A stretch of DNA of 63,679 nt, the filler included, from Octopus bimaculoides (Eukaryota): the NCBI RefSeq assembly GCF_001194135.2. It is 6 parts of 5 records of this genome, joined end to end, with 100 filler letters (N's around TTAATTAATTAA, not from the genome) between each part and the next. Parts side by side here need not be neighbours in the genome. Positions count along the whole stretch, not along the records: positions 31,046 to 41,864 come from NC_068988.1; positions 41,965 to 53,052 come from NW_026318987.1; 4 more parts are not named here. One strand, 5' to 3'. Shown here in pieces: positions 38,761 to 52,763 of this stretch. A model generated the notes under the pieces. That model ran no database searches and was not told where the DNA came from. It saw nothing but the letters and a program-made list of their open reading frames with translations. A program made the translations under genes and the position numbers. Each line of letters begins with the position of its first letter. Positions within the stretch are counted from its first letter, which is position 1.

Positions 38761-39075
38761 TCCATTGGTTATGACAACGAGGGTTCCAGTTGATCTAGTC
38801 AACAGAGCAACCTGCTCATGAAATTAAATTGCAAATGGTTGAGCATTCCACAGACACATGTACCCTTAATGTAGTTCTCGGGGAGATTCAGCGTGACACA
38901 GAATGTAACAAAGCTGCTCCTTTGAATTACAAGTGCAACTCATTTTTGCCAGTTGAGTGGACTGAAGCAACATGAAATAAAGTGTCTTGCTGAAGGAAGC
39001 AATGCCCCACTGAGAATTGAACACATAACCTTATGATTGTGAGGCAGATACCCTAACTACTAAGCCATGCACCTT
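38761..39075 (-). mobile_element. SINE family C (long-tail variant); headless + strand copy at ~47310-47530
   Basis: Minus strand ggtgcatggcttagtagttagggt..cagcaagacactttatttcatgttgcttcagtccactcaactggcaaaaatgagt; the tail matches 47350-47520. Confidence 0.75.
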
Positions 39076-39523
39076 CACTGCTTGTATATGTGGTTGTGTG
39101 CATATGTTCACCTAGGAGTTTCAAATGGAGAATCTATAAAATGCTTTATTAATTTTTAGTGTTGCTCTGATGGGTTGTATCTGGAGAATGTGATTCAGTT
39201 TGCTCCATTTTTTTTGTTCTTTTTTTCTGGAGAACCCACACATTTCTAGGTTTCCATGCAAATCAGATGTTACATATGCCAGTGTACCTATGATAATAGG
39301 AACGAATGGAAATCAGAAGTCAAGATATAAAAACTGTAGATTTCTCACCAGTTCTCCATAAACATTCTCTTTTTTCTGCAGCTTTTATGCATGTATGCAT
39401 TTGTATATATGTATGTGTGTGTGTGTGTGTGTACATATGTATATACGTATGCTTCATACACATACACACGCAAATATAATGTGTATGACTGTTTTATTAC
39501 ATATAATCTATTTTCTATTCCAG

Positions 39524-39613
39524 GTTTATCTTTTCTGATGGTTATTTTGGTTAGATATATAGCCAGAGTGGTCATCTATTTAATTCTTATTGTTGCGGCT
39601 CTTGGCAGTATAA
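39524..39613 (+). CDS. SLC44A1: CTL1/SLC44A1-like exon (90 nt, phase 1 to 1), transmembrane segments
   Basis: Acceptor ttttctattccag and donor A|gtaagt. Translates LSFLMVILVRYIARVVIYLILIVAALGSI, compared with human [28 protein letters not shown] as recalled. Confidence 0.9.
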
Positions 39614-39691
39614 GTAAGTATAACTACCTTTACATACACACGGACACACACACTTACATTATTATTCTAATGTATGTGTGCATGTGTACAG

Positions 39692-39723
<32 letters not shown>

Positions 39724-41141
39724 NNNNNNNNNNNNNNNNNNNNNNNNNNNNNNNNNNNNNNNNNNNNNNNNNNNNNNNNNNNNNNNNNNNNNNNNNNNNN
39801 NNNNNNNNNNNNNNNNNNNNNNNNNNNNNNNNNNNNNNNNNNNNNNNNNNNNNNNNNNNNNNNNNNNNNNNNNNNNNNNNNNNNNNNNNNNNNNNNNNNN
39901 NNNNNNNNNNNNNNNNNNNNNNNNNNNNNNNNNNNNNNNNNNNNNNNNNNNNNNNNNNNNNNNNNNNNNNNNNNNNNNNNNNNNNNNNNNNNNNNNNNNN
40001 NNNNNNNNNNNNNNNNNNNNNNNNNNNNNNNNNNNNNNNNNNNNNNNNNNNNNNNNNNNNNNNNNNNNNNNNNNNNNNNNNNNNNNNGGACTGGTGCAAC
40101 CGGATGGCTACACCAGGCTCCAATCTAATTTGGCAGAGTTTCTACAGCTGGATGCCCTTCCTAACGCCAACCACTCAGAGAGTGTAGTGGGTGCTTTTAC
40201 GTGTCACCCACACGAAAACGGCCACGCTCGAAATGGTGTCTTTTATGTGCCACCCGCACAAGAGCCAGTCTAGGGGCACTGGCAACGATCTCGCTCGAAA
40301 ACCCTACAAGGCCAGTCAGGCGGTACTGGCAACGGTCACGCTCAGGATGGTACATCTTATGTGCCACCCACACAAGAGCCAGTCCAGGGCCCTGGCAACG
40401 ATCTCACTTGGCTTGCCGGGTCTTCTCATATATATATATATATAATTTAATTTATATATGTATATACACAAGTGACTGAGACCTTTGGCAATATAACGTG
40501 CTTGAAAAGATCTGTTTTAAGCCAAGTGAAATCACAGGCATGGCCAATGCTTGTGTTGTGTAACTGGCACTTGTGCCGCTGGCACATAAAGTGCACTCTC
40601 CGAACATTGGGTGATATGCTGTGCTTGAGAAAACCCGTCAAGCCAAGTGAAATCATAGTCATGGCTGATGCCACTGTCGTATTAATGGCACGTGTGCTGG
40701 TGGCACTTAAAAAGCACTCTTTGAACTTTGGGCCTCATGGAGGCAATGACAAGTGACCGAGACCTTTGGCAATAAATTGTGCTTGAGAAGACCTGTCAAT
40801 TCAAGTGAGATTGTAGTTGTGGCCGATGCCAGTGTTTTGTAACTGGCAGCTATGCCAGTGGCATGTAAAATGCACCTATTACACTCTTGAAGTGTATGGC
40901 ATTAGGAAGGGCATCCAGCTGTAGAAACCATGCCAAATCAGATTGGAACCTGGTGTAGCTCCCCAGCTTACCAGTTTTTAGTCAAAACATCCAACCCATG
41001 CCAGCATGGAAAACAGACGTTAAATGATGATGAAATAAGTATATGTATGTATCTATGTACTCACAAACACACATCAGTTCAAATAATTGCTATTTTCTTT
41101 TATATACAATCATATTAATTTTTCTCCTTTTCTCTCTCCAG

Positions 41142-41287
41142 TTGGTACAGCATTTCTGTGGTGGACATATGCTGGCTTTAAAAATAAGTTAGATGATGAT
41201 GAAGCTTTCCAAATTCCTTTCTTGGAAATTGAAATCAATGGAGAAAAGGCATTCCTGATTTATTCTATAATTGCGACTATTTTGACG
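41142..41287 (+). CDS. SLC44A1: CTL1/SLC44A1-like exon (146 nt, phase 1 to 0)
   Basis: Acceptor tctctctccag and donor ACG|gtatgt. Translates GTAFLWWTYAGFKNKLDDDEAFQIPFLEIEINGEKAFLIYSIIATILT, compared with human GTGVLWWLY...ALLIYAISATVFT. The next expected exon was not found in the window. Confidence 0.9.
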
Positions 41288-41344
41288 GTATGTTTCTGTT
41301 TATTTGTTGTTAGCTTTTTTTTTATGATTCTTTTAATAATGATT

Positions 41345-41810
41345 TCAAATTTTGGCAATTACTGCAATTTCAATGTAAGAGGTAAGTCAATTACATCACC
41401 CCTAGTGCTCAACTGGTACTTATTCTATCGACCCCGAAAGGCAAAGTTGATCTTGGGGGAATTTGAGTTCAGAATGTAAAGACAGACAAAATGCTGCTCA
41501 GTGTTTTGCCTGGTATACCAACGCTTCTGCCACTTTACTGCCATAATGATGATAATGATGATGATGATGACAATGACGATGACGACAACGATGACGGCCC
41601 TTTTTACTAAAGGCACAAGGCCTGAAATTTCGGGGGAAGAGACTAGTCAATTACATTGACCCCAGTGTTTCACTGGTACTTAATTTATCGACCCTGAAAG
41701 GATAAAAGGCAAAATCGACATCATTGGAATTTGAACTCAGATTGTAAAGATGGTTGAAATACCACTAAGTGTTTTGCCCGGCATGCTAACGATTCTGCCA
41801 GCTTGCCAAT
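41345..41810 (-). mobile_element. Two tandem SINE family A copies (~41345-41540, ~41595-41810)
   Basis: Both contain tggtactta..atcgacccc/tgaaagg..ggaatttga(g/a)..cag..ttctgcca. Confidence 0.75.
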
Positions 41811-42116
41811 AATGATGATGGCGGCGGGGAGCGGCAAAAGGGGTTGGGGGGCGGTAGCGGCGGTNNNNNNNNNNNNNNNNNNNNNNNNNNNNNNNNNNNN
41901 NNNNNNNNTTAATTAATTAANNNNNNNNNNNNNNNNNNNNNNNNNNNNNNNNNNNNNNNNNNNNTATATATATATTAATACATATTATATATGATACATA
42001 TATGCATACTATATATAAACGTATATATGTAAAATATGTGTATAAATATATGTGCATATATATGTGTGTTTGTGTGTGTATGACTGCATAAAAAGCAGTG
42101 TAAATTTATATATGTT

Positions 42117-42192
<76 letters not shown>

Positions 42193-43087
42193 ATTGATTT
42201 CAGAGGTACACATATACACAAGCAAACACTCATATAGACACAGCTACAACGATCACTTGACACAGTACCATTAAGCAGCAGTGTGTACTGCGTGCAACAA
42301 CAAAAATGAAAACTAACTATAATAACAACAACAACAACAACAACAACAACAGCAAAATTCATATTCTACAACCTCTCACCCCAAATCAACACATATGCAC
42401 ACACATACAGAAACACACACTACACTTAATCACTCATTCAAACTATCAGCCATACAAGCACACGCATGCATGCATACATACGTATACTCACGCAAAAGTA
42501 TCAATAAATACACATATGCAAAATATAATATAAAAACCAGATTCACGTTTCGAGAAAGACTATAATTAATAAACTTCTAAAAGGAGAAAAAAATATGGAG
42601 CAAAAAATATTGTAACGGAAGCGGAAATGCATACGTGCGCACGCACATCTATTTGTGGAGACCATTAGGTTATTTACGTAGCAGCTTGGGATTATTTTGT
42701 TGTTGCTTCTATTTATGTTTCGTGTTTTGCTGGTATTTTATTGATATTTTATCGGTAGAATAGTGGGGGTTTTTTGTATCGGTTTTTATATTGCATTGGA
42801 GGTTTTTTCCATATACTTTTATTGTTGTTGTTGTTACTCTTGTTGTTGCCTTTGTTGTTTTAGGAGACAATTGCATTGCTCTTAGTAATGTGGGCTGAGA
42901 CTGATAATATGTATGGTCATGCATGTGTATATATTTGTGTGTGTATGTCTCATTATATGCGTGTGTGCGTGTGCACACTGAATGGAGTTTGCTACTCGTT
43001 GTGTATTCAAATAGTTACTTTTAACACCTATGAGTATATGCCTGTACTCATGGATATACATACATACATATATATATATAGAGAGAG

Positions 43088-43143
<56 letters not shown>

Positions 43144-43959
43144 GAAGCGTACGTATATGTATACGTATGCTGTGAGTGCATATATACGTTCTTAATACGG
43201 ATACCTATATGTATAGATACACAAATATATTTATCTATATATGTGTATATATATATATATATATGTTTATATATACGTATATAAATACAAACACACACAC
43301 ACATATGGTGGTGTATATAAACACGTACTAACACACATGTCTCTAATTTAAATGGTAAATACTTCTATATAATCAAAATGTTTTTTGCCTCACTCGTCTT
43401 TCTATTCACACACTAACATACCCATATATCTACACCCACACATATGTATAAATCCATGTATGTATATATCTATCAATCTATATATGTATGTGTGTGTACA
43501 GATACACACATGTATATACATGTATACATACATGATATATATATATAACGGGCGTATATTTTCACAAATGGACAAAATTAACAATGGTAAATAGGTGAAC
43601 AAAAACACAAATACAGCACACATGCTACGCACGCACGCACACAAACACACACACACACACAAACATGCATCAAACTAAAAACAAAATACGAACAAAACTT
43701 AGCTTTTAGGACCAGCAATTTCCCTTTTAATTGAAGAATGGTAATGGTGGACATGAATGTGTGAAAATGAAAGATGGGAACAGGAGGAAACTATGTACAC
43801 ACACATACACACACACCCATACATACATACATACATACATACATACATACAAACATACATACATGCATACGCAAGCTTTTCGCATAAAAATACACCTGTA
43901 CATATATGCACACGCATCTCAAAAGAAAATCACTTACACACACACGCGCACACATTTAC

Positions 43960-43994
<35 letters not shown>

Positions 43995-44294
43995 NNNNNN
44001 NNNNNNNNNNNNNNNNNNNNNNNNNNNNNNNNNNNNNNNNNNNNNNNNNNNNNNNNNNNNNNNNNNNNNNNNNNNNNNNNNNNNNNNNNNNNNNNNNNNN
44101 NNNNNNNNNNNNNNNNNNNNNNNNNNNNNNNNNNNNNNNNNNNNNNNNNNNNNNNNNNNNNNNNNNNNNNNNNNNNNNNNNNNNNNNNNNNNNNNNNNNN
44201 NNNNNNNNNNNTATATATATATATATACATATGACGTCAATATGGCTAATATTTTTAAGTAATCCTGTAACACAAACGAATGATTCATTCTGTG

Positions 44295-44331
<37 letters not shown>

Positions 44332-44927
44332 GGCGCACGCGCACGTACATGCTTGCTTCCTTGCGTTTGTGTGTGCATGCGCGTATGTTTGTCTAAATGT
44401 GGTGTGTGTGTGTGTGTTTCATTCAAAACGTTACTGAATAAAATGTCGGATGTTGGAGGTGGATGATCATCAAACAGACTGCCAATATTGACAGAAGGGT
44501 TCAAACGGATTTGAAACATGCCGCCCATAGCATGAAGGAGTACTTGTTGGTTTATTTAAGGGGTTTATTATCATTGTTACTATTATTAATTTCTTTTTTC
44601 TGTTTTCCGTTAATTTTATTCCCCAAGTTCGACTCCATTAAGAACAATGTGCACTTTGATATTTGATGCTCTTTTTTGAGTTAATCCTCAGGAAAATAAA
44701 AGTGCATATATATATATGAAATATTTTATAATTATATACATAATTATAACAAGGGGTCGGCTTTACGCCTCACCACGCACTGCTAGAATTAGACGCTAAA
44801 GCTCCATATTCCAACCTTAAAATCCCCGAGAAATAACGCACCATATTGTAGGTTTGTAAAAGGAAAATAATGTATCCACAAGGTTGGCCAACTCCGTACC
44901 CGATTGGATTTCAAACTTAAAGTAAAA

Positions 44928-45215
44928 TTAAAATATTTCACTTACTGCTATCATCAGCGGAAATACTTCTGTATTAAAATTAATATTTGAATAAATTTAC
45001 TCCATGATCGAAACTGGATTTACTGCAGTCTAGATCTTAACACCCAACACGTGGGTACAAAAGAGGGATGTGAATTATACTTGGCGGAATATTTTTGCGA
45101 GTATGGATGGATATTGGTCGTCCGATGTCGCCGATCGTATGCATATTTTGAAACACTCGAAAATTTATCCCATGGAGTATTTCGGCTGATGGTAGCAGTA
45201 AGTGAAATATTTTAA
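44928..45215. mobile_element. Short non-autonomous element with ~40-bp inverted ends bounded by TTAA
   Basis: ttaaaatatttcacttactgctatcatcagcggaaatact vs agtatttcggctgatggtagcagtaagtgaaatattttaa. Confidence 0.55.
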
Positions 45216-45888
45216 CACACACAGATAGAGAGGAAATCGCATGTGCAGATAAGGATACACGCTACAGAAAGACATACTGGACTAAAACAAGACAGGAGGA
45301 GACCCGTGGGATGGAGAGTCGCTGAAGAGGTCACAGGATGTGTGACGAAAGATTTCAGACAAAGTACAATAAAATAAGAACAAGAATAGAACTGAAACGA
45401 AGAACAAGACTATAGTGTGTGTGGTTATTTGACATCAAAAAAATTTACCGTCCTGAAATATTATTTTGTTTTTAAATCTTTATATTTTTAAATTTGTTCG
45501 TTGAGACAGACGCGAAGTCGGATAAACCGACTGATGTTATCATTTACTTTTCCATTAATTTCTTTAAAAAAAAAAAAGAACGCTGTAAAGTGGATAAAGA
45601 CATAACTCGAAACGGCGTAAGTTGAGGTATGTCTGTATAATGTACACCCATCCACACATACGCACACGCATGTACAGTAGTAATACGTAGATATTTATGC
45701 ACGCAAATATATTGAAAACGCATACATTGTTGCTTGTAGATCCGAACAATTAATTGTGTTATAATTACTCTGCGTCTTGTCATTCAGTACATTTAAACTA
45801 TCGTTTTTTTTTTTTGCTTGCACATGTACTTCTATAAAATTAACTTCTACACATCTCCACATAAATGCAGACCAAGACATACTCATAC

Positions 45889-45957
<69 letters not shown>

Positions 45958-46814
45958 TTGCCGACAACGTACAGACCATGCATATGTTACGCTCACACAC
46001 ACAGTCACGCTCATGTATGTTCACTTGCACACAAACTCGCAAACACACACAGATACACACACACAAACAAACATNNNNNNNNNNCACAGACATACATTCA
46101 ATTTCACATACACACATACACACACATACATTCACTCACACTAAAACAAACGCACACACCCAAACACCCTCTCATACACATCTCACATACACTCACACAC
46201 CGACGCTCTCTCTGTCTCTCATTCTCATGCCCACACACACATACATATACACATGCACACACACTCTCTCCGTCTTTTAACTCACACATACATACAATCA
46301 CTCACACACACACGCACACAACCAAGCAGCCACTCATACACACACTCTGACACATACAAACTCAAACACTTTCTCTCTCATTCACACACACATACACACA
46401 CACACACTCCATAATTCACCGTAGCATAGTATTTATATTAAGTAGCGCTATCCAACGAACAAGACGTTAGCTTCATTTGTTCTGCATTGATTCGCCATTT
46501 GTCTTCACGATCTGTCACTTCCGTTGACATGGCCGCTCTTCATATCAACTCCCACGTGACTGGCACCAAAAAGAAAATTATCACCAACTATATCATTGAA
46601 GGAATCTCTGTTTTAGCTGTTCTTTGTCTGTCTTGTTGGCCGGTTGGTTTGTCGGAGTGGTTGGTTGGTTGTTGTGGTTGGTTGTTGTGGTTGGTGTCGG
46701 TTAAAGTTGGCATGGGTGGGTGTTGATGTGGACCTGGTTGCTGTCTCTGGTTGATGTGGTTGGAGTTGCAGGTGTTGGCGCTGATGTTAGTGTTTTAAGA
46801 GCTGGCTGACTGGT

Positions 46815-46849
<35 letters not shown>

Positions 46850-46890
46850 TTATATTATTGTTGTTGTGAGTCTGCTATCTCTGTATTTGA

Positions 46891-46923
<33 letters not shown>

Positions 46924-46969
46924 AGCTCTTAGCGTTGTTTATATCGTTGTTAGTGTGTGTATATACATA

Positions 46970-47290
46970 ATCTTTTACCTTTCACTTGTTTCAGTAACTG
47001 AACTGCGGCCATGCTGGGGCACCACTTTGAAGACTTTTTAATCGAATGAATTGACGCCAATACTTTTTTTCATTTAAGCCTGGTACTTATTCCATAGGTT
47101 CTCATTTGCCGAACCCTTAAGTTACGGGAACATAAACACAGACACAAAAACACACTTACAATATGTGTGTGTTTTGTGTGTGTGTGTGTGTGTGTTTCTG
47201 TCTGTGTTTCTCCCCCACTCCACCCCACCATTGCTGGATAGTTGATGTTGGTGTGTTTACGTCCCCGTAACCTAGTCATTCGGCAAATAT
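46970..47290 (-). mobile_element. SINE family B, 3' portion
   Basis: tttcacttgtttcag..gcggccatgctggggcacc..ggtacttattccataggttctc; a further head-only copy lies at ~29115-29230 (-). Confidence 0.65.
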
Positions 47291-48973
47291 ACCAGTCGGC
47301 GCATTATGTCCTTTATTTCACGTTGCTCCACTCCACTCAGCTGGCAAAAATGAGTTGTACTTGTAATCCGAAGGGGCCAGCCTTGTCACATTCTGTGTCA
47401 GACTGAATCTCCCTGAGAGCTATATTAAGGGTACGCATGTTTGTGGAGTACTCAGCCACTTGCATCTTAATTTCATGAGCAGGCTGTTCCGTTGACCGGA
47501 TCAACTGAAGCATTTATTGTCGTAAACGACAATGATAATGATGATGATTGTTCTGGTGTCTGTAACAGTTGAAGNNNNNNNNNNNNNNNNNNNNNNNNNN
47601 NNNNNNNNNNNNNNNNNNNNNNNNNNNNNNNNNNNNNNNNNNNNNNNNNNNNNNNNNNNNNNNNNNNNNNNNNNNNNNNNNNNNNNNNNNNNNNNNNNNN
47701 NNNNNNNNNNNNNNNNNNNNNNNNNNNNNNNNNNNNNNNNNNNNNNNNNNNNNNNNNNNNNNNNNNNNNNNNNNNNNNNNNNNNNNNNNNNNNNNNNNNN
47801 NNNNNNNNNNNNNNNNNNNNNNNNNNNNNNNNNNNNNNNNNNNNNNNNNNNNNNNGCTGGAGATGGTGGTAGTGCTGGTGGTGGTGGTGCTGCTGGTGCA
47901 GGTGGTGGTAGTGGTGGTGGTGGTGGTGGTGGTGGTGGTGGTGGTTTGTTGTGTTGATAATACTAGTGATGATGATTGCTATGATAGCGGCGGTGGTGAT
48001 GATATCCATGGCGATGGCAATCACGATAGTGATGGCGGTTGTTCTCGTGGTGGTGTTGGTGATGGTGTTGTGGTAGTGGTGTTGTGGTGCCAATAGCGAC
48101 AGACACTATGGCGGTGGCGGCAGCGCTTGTTATAGCATTGACATCATAAGCGGCGGTGACAATGGCGATAATGTCGCTAGAGATGATAACGAAATTAGGA
48201 TTAGTTTTGGCCGCCATTATATATTTCCTTTTTGCGTCATTATTTTATTCGTTATTCTGTTATTTTTTTAATATATTTATTTAGTTACCTGTCTATCTCT
48301 ATCCCTAATCTGTTCTTCACGTCAACACTAATCGCATCTCATCTCTCATTCTTTACATCACGCTTTCTCCCTCCCCTCTTTTCATTTAAAAAAAATTTTA
48401 TTTCATTCGTTCCCTCGTTCATTATTTATCTTTTCTATGGACCTGTTTTTGTTGTATTTTTTTTCAAAATTTGTTCCTTTTGTTATCTATTTTATTTCTT
48501 TATTTTATTTTATTTTATTTTATTGTAATTTGCTTAACTTTTACAAAATTTGTTCAGCTTCATCTCCTTGTCTTCTGTCTTTACCCCTAACCCGAACTCT
48601 CATCCTTCAGATCACTGTCTCGTCTGTCATATCTCTAAACTATCCCCCCTCCCTCTCTCTCTCTTTCTCTCTATCACACATAAACACACACACCTCTTTC
48701 CTTTTTCTTTCTTCCTTTCTCTCTCCTCTTTTCTCCCCCCCCTTTCCCTATCTCTCTTTTGCATTCTCTATCACCATCCAAGCCATCACCATTATCACCA
48801 CAAACGTCATCAATACCATCACGTATGTTATTAACTAGTAGCACAACCATTGCTACCACTTCAATACCTCAACATTCATCACGATTGTCTGTAGTGCGGC
48901 CACTACCTAAGCCATCGCAACAACCACTTCAAGCGCCATCCCTACCTCCTCTACCATTAAAACTATAACCATT

Positions 48974-49013
<40 letters not shown>

Positions 49014-49070
49014 TGAACTTGGAAAGAAAGCAGACGATAATGCATTTGATTTTAAAATGAATCAGTAGTA

Positions 49071-49104
49071 GCACAAGATGGCGACCAGGTAAGAACCGGA
49101 AGTG
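49071..49104 (+). promoter_or_regulatory. Candidate housekeeping-type first exon (ATG GCG ACC AG|gtaag) with YY1 and ETS motifs
   Basis: CAAGATGGCG (YY1-like) overlaps the ATG at 49078; donor GTAAG at 49089; CCGGAAGTG at 49096-49104. Confidence 0.35.
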
Positions 49105-50381
49105 GAGAGAAAGGGAAAACTTCATCAATATTTGATGTTGGAGACATATTTTACAGACTTACAGAAAATCCGATAAGATCCGCTTTTAATTAAGTCGAAG
49201 ATTACGGAGTGGATATCTGTGCGATGCAGCTGCATCTAAACAATCGCTTCAGTTATGTAATATATTGTGCAATATCGGCTTCTTTCTCGATTGGTCGCTG
49301 AGGTCTCATAACATAATTTCCATCGGAAGAAAACATAAGAAGTGAAGGTTGATCTCTTCCTGTCTTTCTGACGGGACATTAAGCGGCCTAAATGGATATG
49401 AAATATGTTTCATTATTCCATTCTTTCATCAGCGATTGAAAGCACATCGGGATTTCAGCGCTTTGCTTATTTGTTTGTTTTAGGGGAGAGGTTTACTTTG
49501 TTTTTCATTTTTGTTTGCTTGTTTTGTTTTTTAAATTGTTTTGCGTAATCTAAAGGTGGAAGAGGAGTAAAAACAAAAGCGTGTAACCTTTGCTTGCAGG
49601 CCCTCCTCTTACAGCGCTAAGATCGATGTAGTTTAGTTGCTCATAAATATTGGTTCTGCACTTGCAAGCCAATAAATATTTCTAAATTTCGCCACAAGAG
49701 GATGAATTCATTTTTTCTTTGTTTTATTTATTTATTTATTTATATTATTATTTTTTTTCTGAGACGTGTGCGGTCGATTTAATTGCCATGCATCGCCATT
49801 ACCACCACAACCACCACTGCTATCATCAGAGCTACTATCACCGCGACCACCACACCGCCACCACTATCACTACCACTCCCACCACAGCCACCAACACCAC
49901 CAGCTCTATCACCACAACTACCACCACCACGAGCACTACCGCCACGGGGATAAATTTCACCACCACGAGCATCCCCACCACTATCGCCACTACTGCCTAC
50001 ACTCTAAAACCAGCATTACCATTACTACCACCACCACTACCGTTACAGCCACTACCACGATCTCAACCACCCCAGCATCGCCATCTTCATGATCGTTACT
50101 ACCACCATACAACATTCACCATTCCCAAATCACCACCACCACCACCTCCATTATCATCGCAACTCACCGTACCGTAATATTAACAACACCACCACCACCA
50201 ACAGCTTTACCGTCACATGCAGCACTGCTACTACCATGACTACTACAACTGCTGCTACTACAATTATTATTATTACTACAATTAATACTACTACTACTAC
50301 TACAATTAATGCTACTACTACTGCTATTAATATCACCAACAATAAATACCTCTACCATTACCAACCACCAGCAACCAAGTC

Positions 50382-50510
50382 TACCATCATCAGCACTACG
50401 CCATGAACCAGCACGATCTCCACCCCATCACCCATTAATAATACCATCATCAGCACTACGCCATGGATCAGCACGATCTCCACCCCGTCACTCAGTAATA
50501 ATACCATCAT
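50382..50510. repeat. 60-bp tandem duplication (2.1 units)
   Basis: taccatcatcagcactacgccatg..agcacgatctccacccc..taataa repeats at an exact 60-bp period. Confidence 0.85.
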
Positions 50511-50921
50511 GCCGACCACAACTCTAATAACTTAACTGTTGTTACGTTATGCTATCGGAATCCCCACAGTCAACTCGGAATGATAAATGTCAAAGGTGGT
50601 CCGAGCAATAGTTCCCATGGCGGAACATTAAAAGAGCGCAACTTAATAACGTGAAGATTTAGAAGGGAAATTCTTGTATTCTTTCTCCTAATTCCGCAAA
50701 CCATTCCTTGGCGAAATATATTTTCCCGAAAGTCACTTTCCTTTGAATGTTCTAAATAGGCGAGGCTTTATATTACGTTGGCTGATTACGTAACACTTCG
50801 TTGGAATATATGAAATAACATTGGTATTGTATACATAAAGTGATATGATAATATTTCCAAGTAATATAGGCACGGAAATTAAATGACATTGTTTTGACGT
50901 TGGCAGACTACATCTAGTTAA

Positions 50922-50970
<49 letters not shown>

Positions 50971-50984
50971 TGTGTGTGTGTGTG

Positions 50985-51430
50985 TGGGCGCAGGTATGGC
51001 TATATAGTAAGAAGCTTGATTCCCAACTACGTGGTTCCTGGTTCAGTCCTATTGCGTGGCTCCTTGGAGAAGTGTCTTCCTCTAAAACCTCGGGCCGGTT
51101 ACAGCTTTGTGAGTGTATTTGGTTGACGAAAACTGAAAGAAGCCCGTCGTACATATATGTACGTGTATATGTGTGTGTATGTGCACGTGCGTGTGTGTGT
51201 GTGTTTTTGTGTTTGGTGCTTTCGTGTCTGTGTTTGTCCCCCATCACTGCTCGCCAACCGGTGCTGGTGTGTTTACGTCCCCGTAACTTTACGGTTCCAT
51301 AAAACAGAGCAATAGAATAAATACCAACCCTAACAAGAAATAAATACCGGGGTCGATTCGTTCGACTAAAATCTCTTCAAGGTGGTGCCCCAGCATGGCC
51401 ACAACCTAATGAGTGAAACAAGTAAAAGAA
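50985..51430 (+). mobile_element. SINE family B, full length
   Basis: Same head, core and tail as 59414-59822. Confidence 0.8.
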
Positions 51431-51759
51431 AATATATATATGAAATTTATTTTATAAAGCTTGTTTTTTATTCTTTAACATGTAATAACAAACGCTATAT
51501 TTTACTTCGTTGTAAACATTTATTTAGAATTAAATTGCCGATGAAATTATGGACATGTATATTATGTAAATGCATAAGTCCGTTATGGAAACATATATCA
51601 TGATTATTTAAATGCATCCTTTTAAATATTGTATTGGATAGATAGATAGATACATAGATAGATAGATACATACATACATACATACATAGACAGGCAGAAT
51701 GATAAACAGACAGGCAAGCATACAGACAGATAGACACACAGACAGACAGTTAGATAGAT

Positions 51760-51896
<137 letters not shown>

Positions 51897-52418
51897 CAGA
51901 TACGTAGGTAGATACATAGATAGATAGAGAGAAAGATTACAAGACAATAGCATCAGATATAAATTTTGAAAGCTTATGTTTATTTTACATCAAAATGTCA
52001 TTTTATATATATTTCCAACATTCATAATCCAATGGATTGTTATGGTCTCAGCTGTTGAGGTTTGCAGAATGATATAATCCATGATATACCAGATGATATT
52101 TTGCTATAAAATAGTAAATATCAAATATCCTGTATATCATATGGTGATAAAATATCGTCTTACATAAACTGTAACACAGAAAGTGTTATAGGTTATGTAC
52201 GATGATATTGTAATTTGGAGAGAATGTATCAGATTTTGCATAACATGATACTGTGGTGTATAAAGTGTATAAGTAGAAAGCATCTTGGTTTATGTATGGT
52301 GCCATGTTGGAAGAGGCAGCAGAGAATATGCTCTTCCTGTCTGTGTTGTGTTTTGAAATCCCAACGAAATTAACATTGCCATTCATATGTTCTGGATGAA
52401 ATAAGACGATCGGGCGCA

Positions 52419-52502
52419 GCTGGTTGGGCGCTGATGATTTGGCGTGGCTGGTTGGGCGCTGAGGATTTGGTATGGCTGGTTGGGCGCTGATGATTTGGCG
52501 TA
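52419..52502. repeat. 28-bp tandem repeat x3
   Basis: gctggttgggcgctga(t/g)gatttgg(cg/ta)t(g/a) at 52419, 52447 and 52475. Confidence 0.9.
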
Positions 52503-52763
52503 GTCGGTTGGTCATTCAGCCAGTTCTGGTGACAGTACTATTCGGTGCTGGAGCCAACCACATGTGCACGCGTGGAAATATACACATGCTGATAGAAAGG
52601 GTCAGCTCAGGTATGGCGGCAAGTGCCGCTGCAGCGCGTCGCTGCGTCCACCATTTGTCGGCAGTTGCTCGGGTCGTGCCAGACAATCCTCTGAGTTGTT
52701 TCCACCATCTCTGCGAGTTACTTCCTCATGCGCTGCTGTCATAAGTCCAGGAGTCGATATGTT

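Noticed and set aside
44991-45210. Open frame ending in GCA|gtaagt as an exon
   Set aside because: The donor-like site is part of the terminal inverted repeat of the 44928-45215 element; no recognisable protein.
49395-49436. Minus-strand CTGATGA...GAAAC as a hammerhead
   Set aside because: Helices I, II and III cannot be formed; probably chance.
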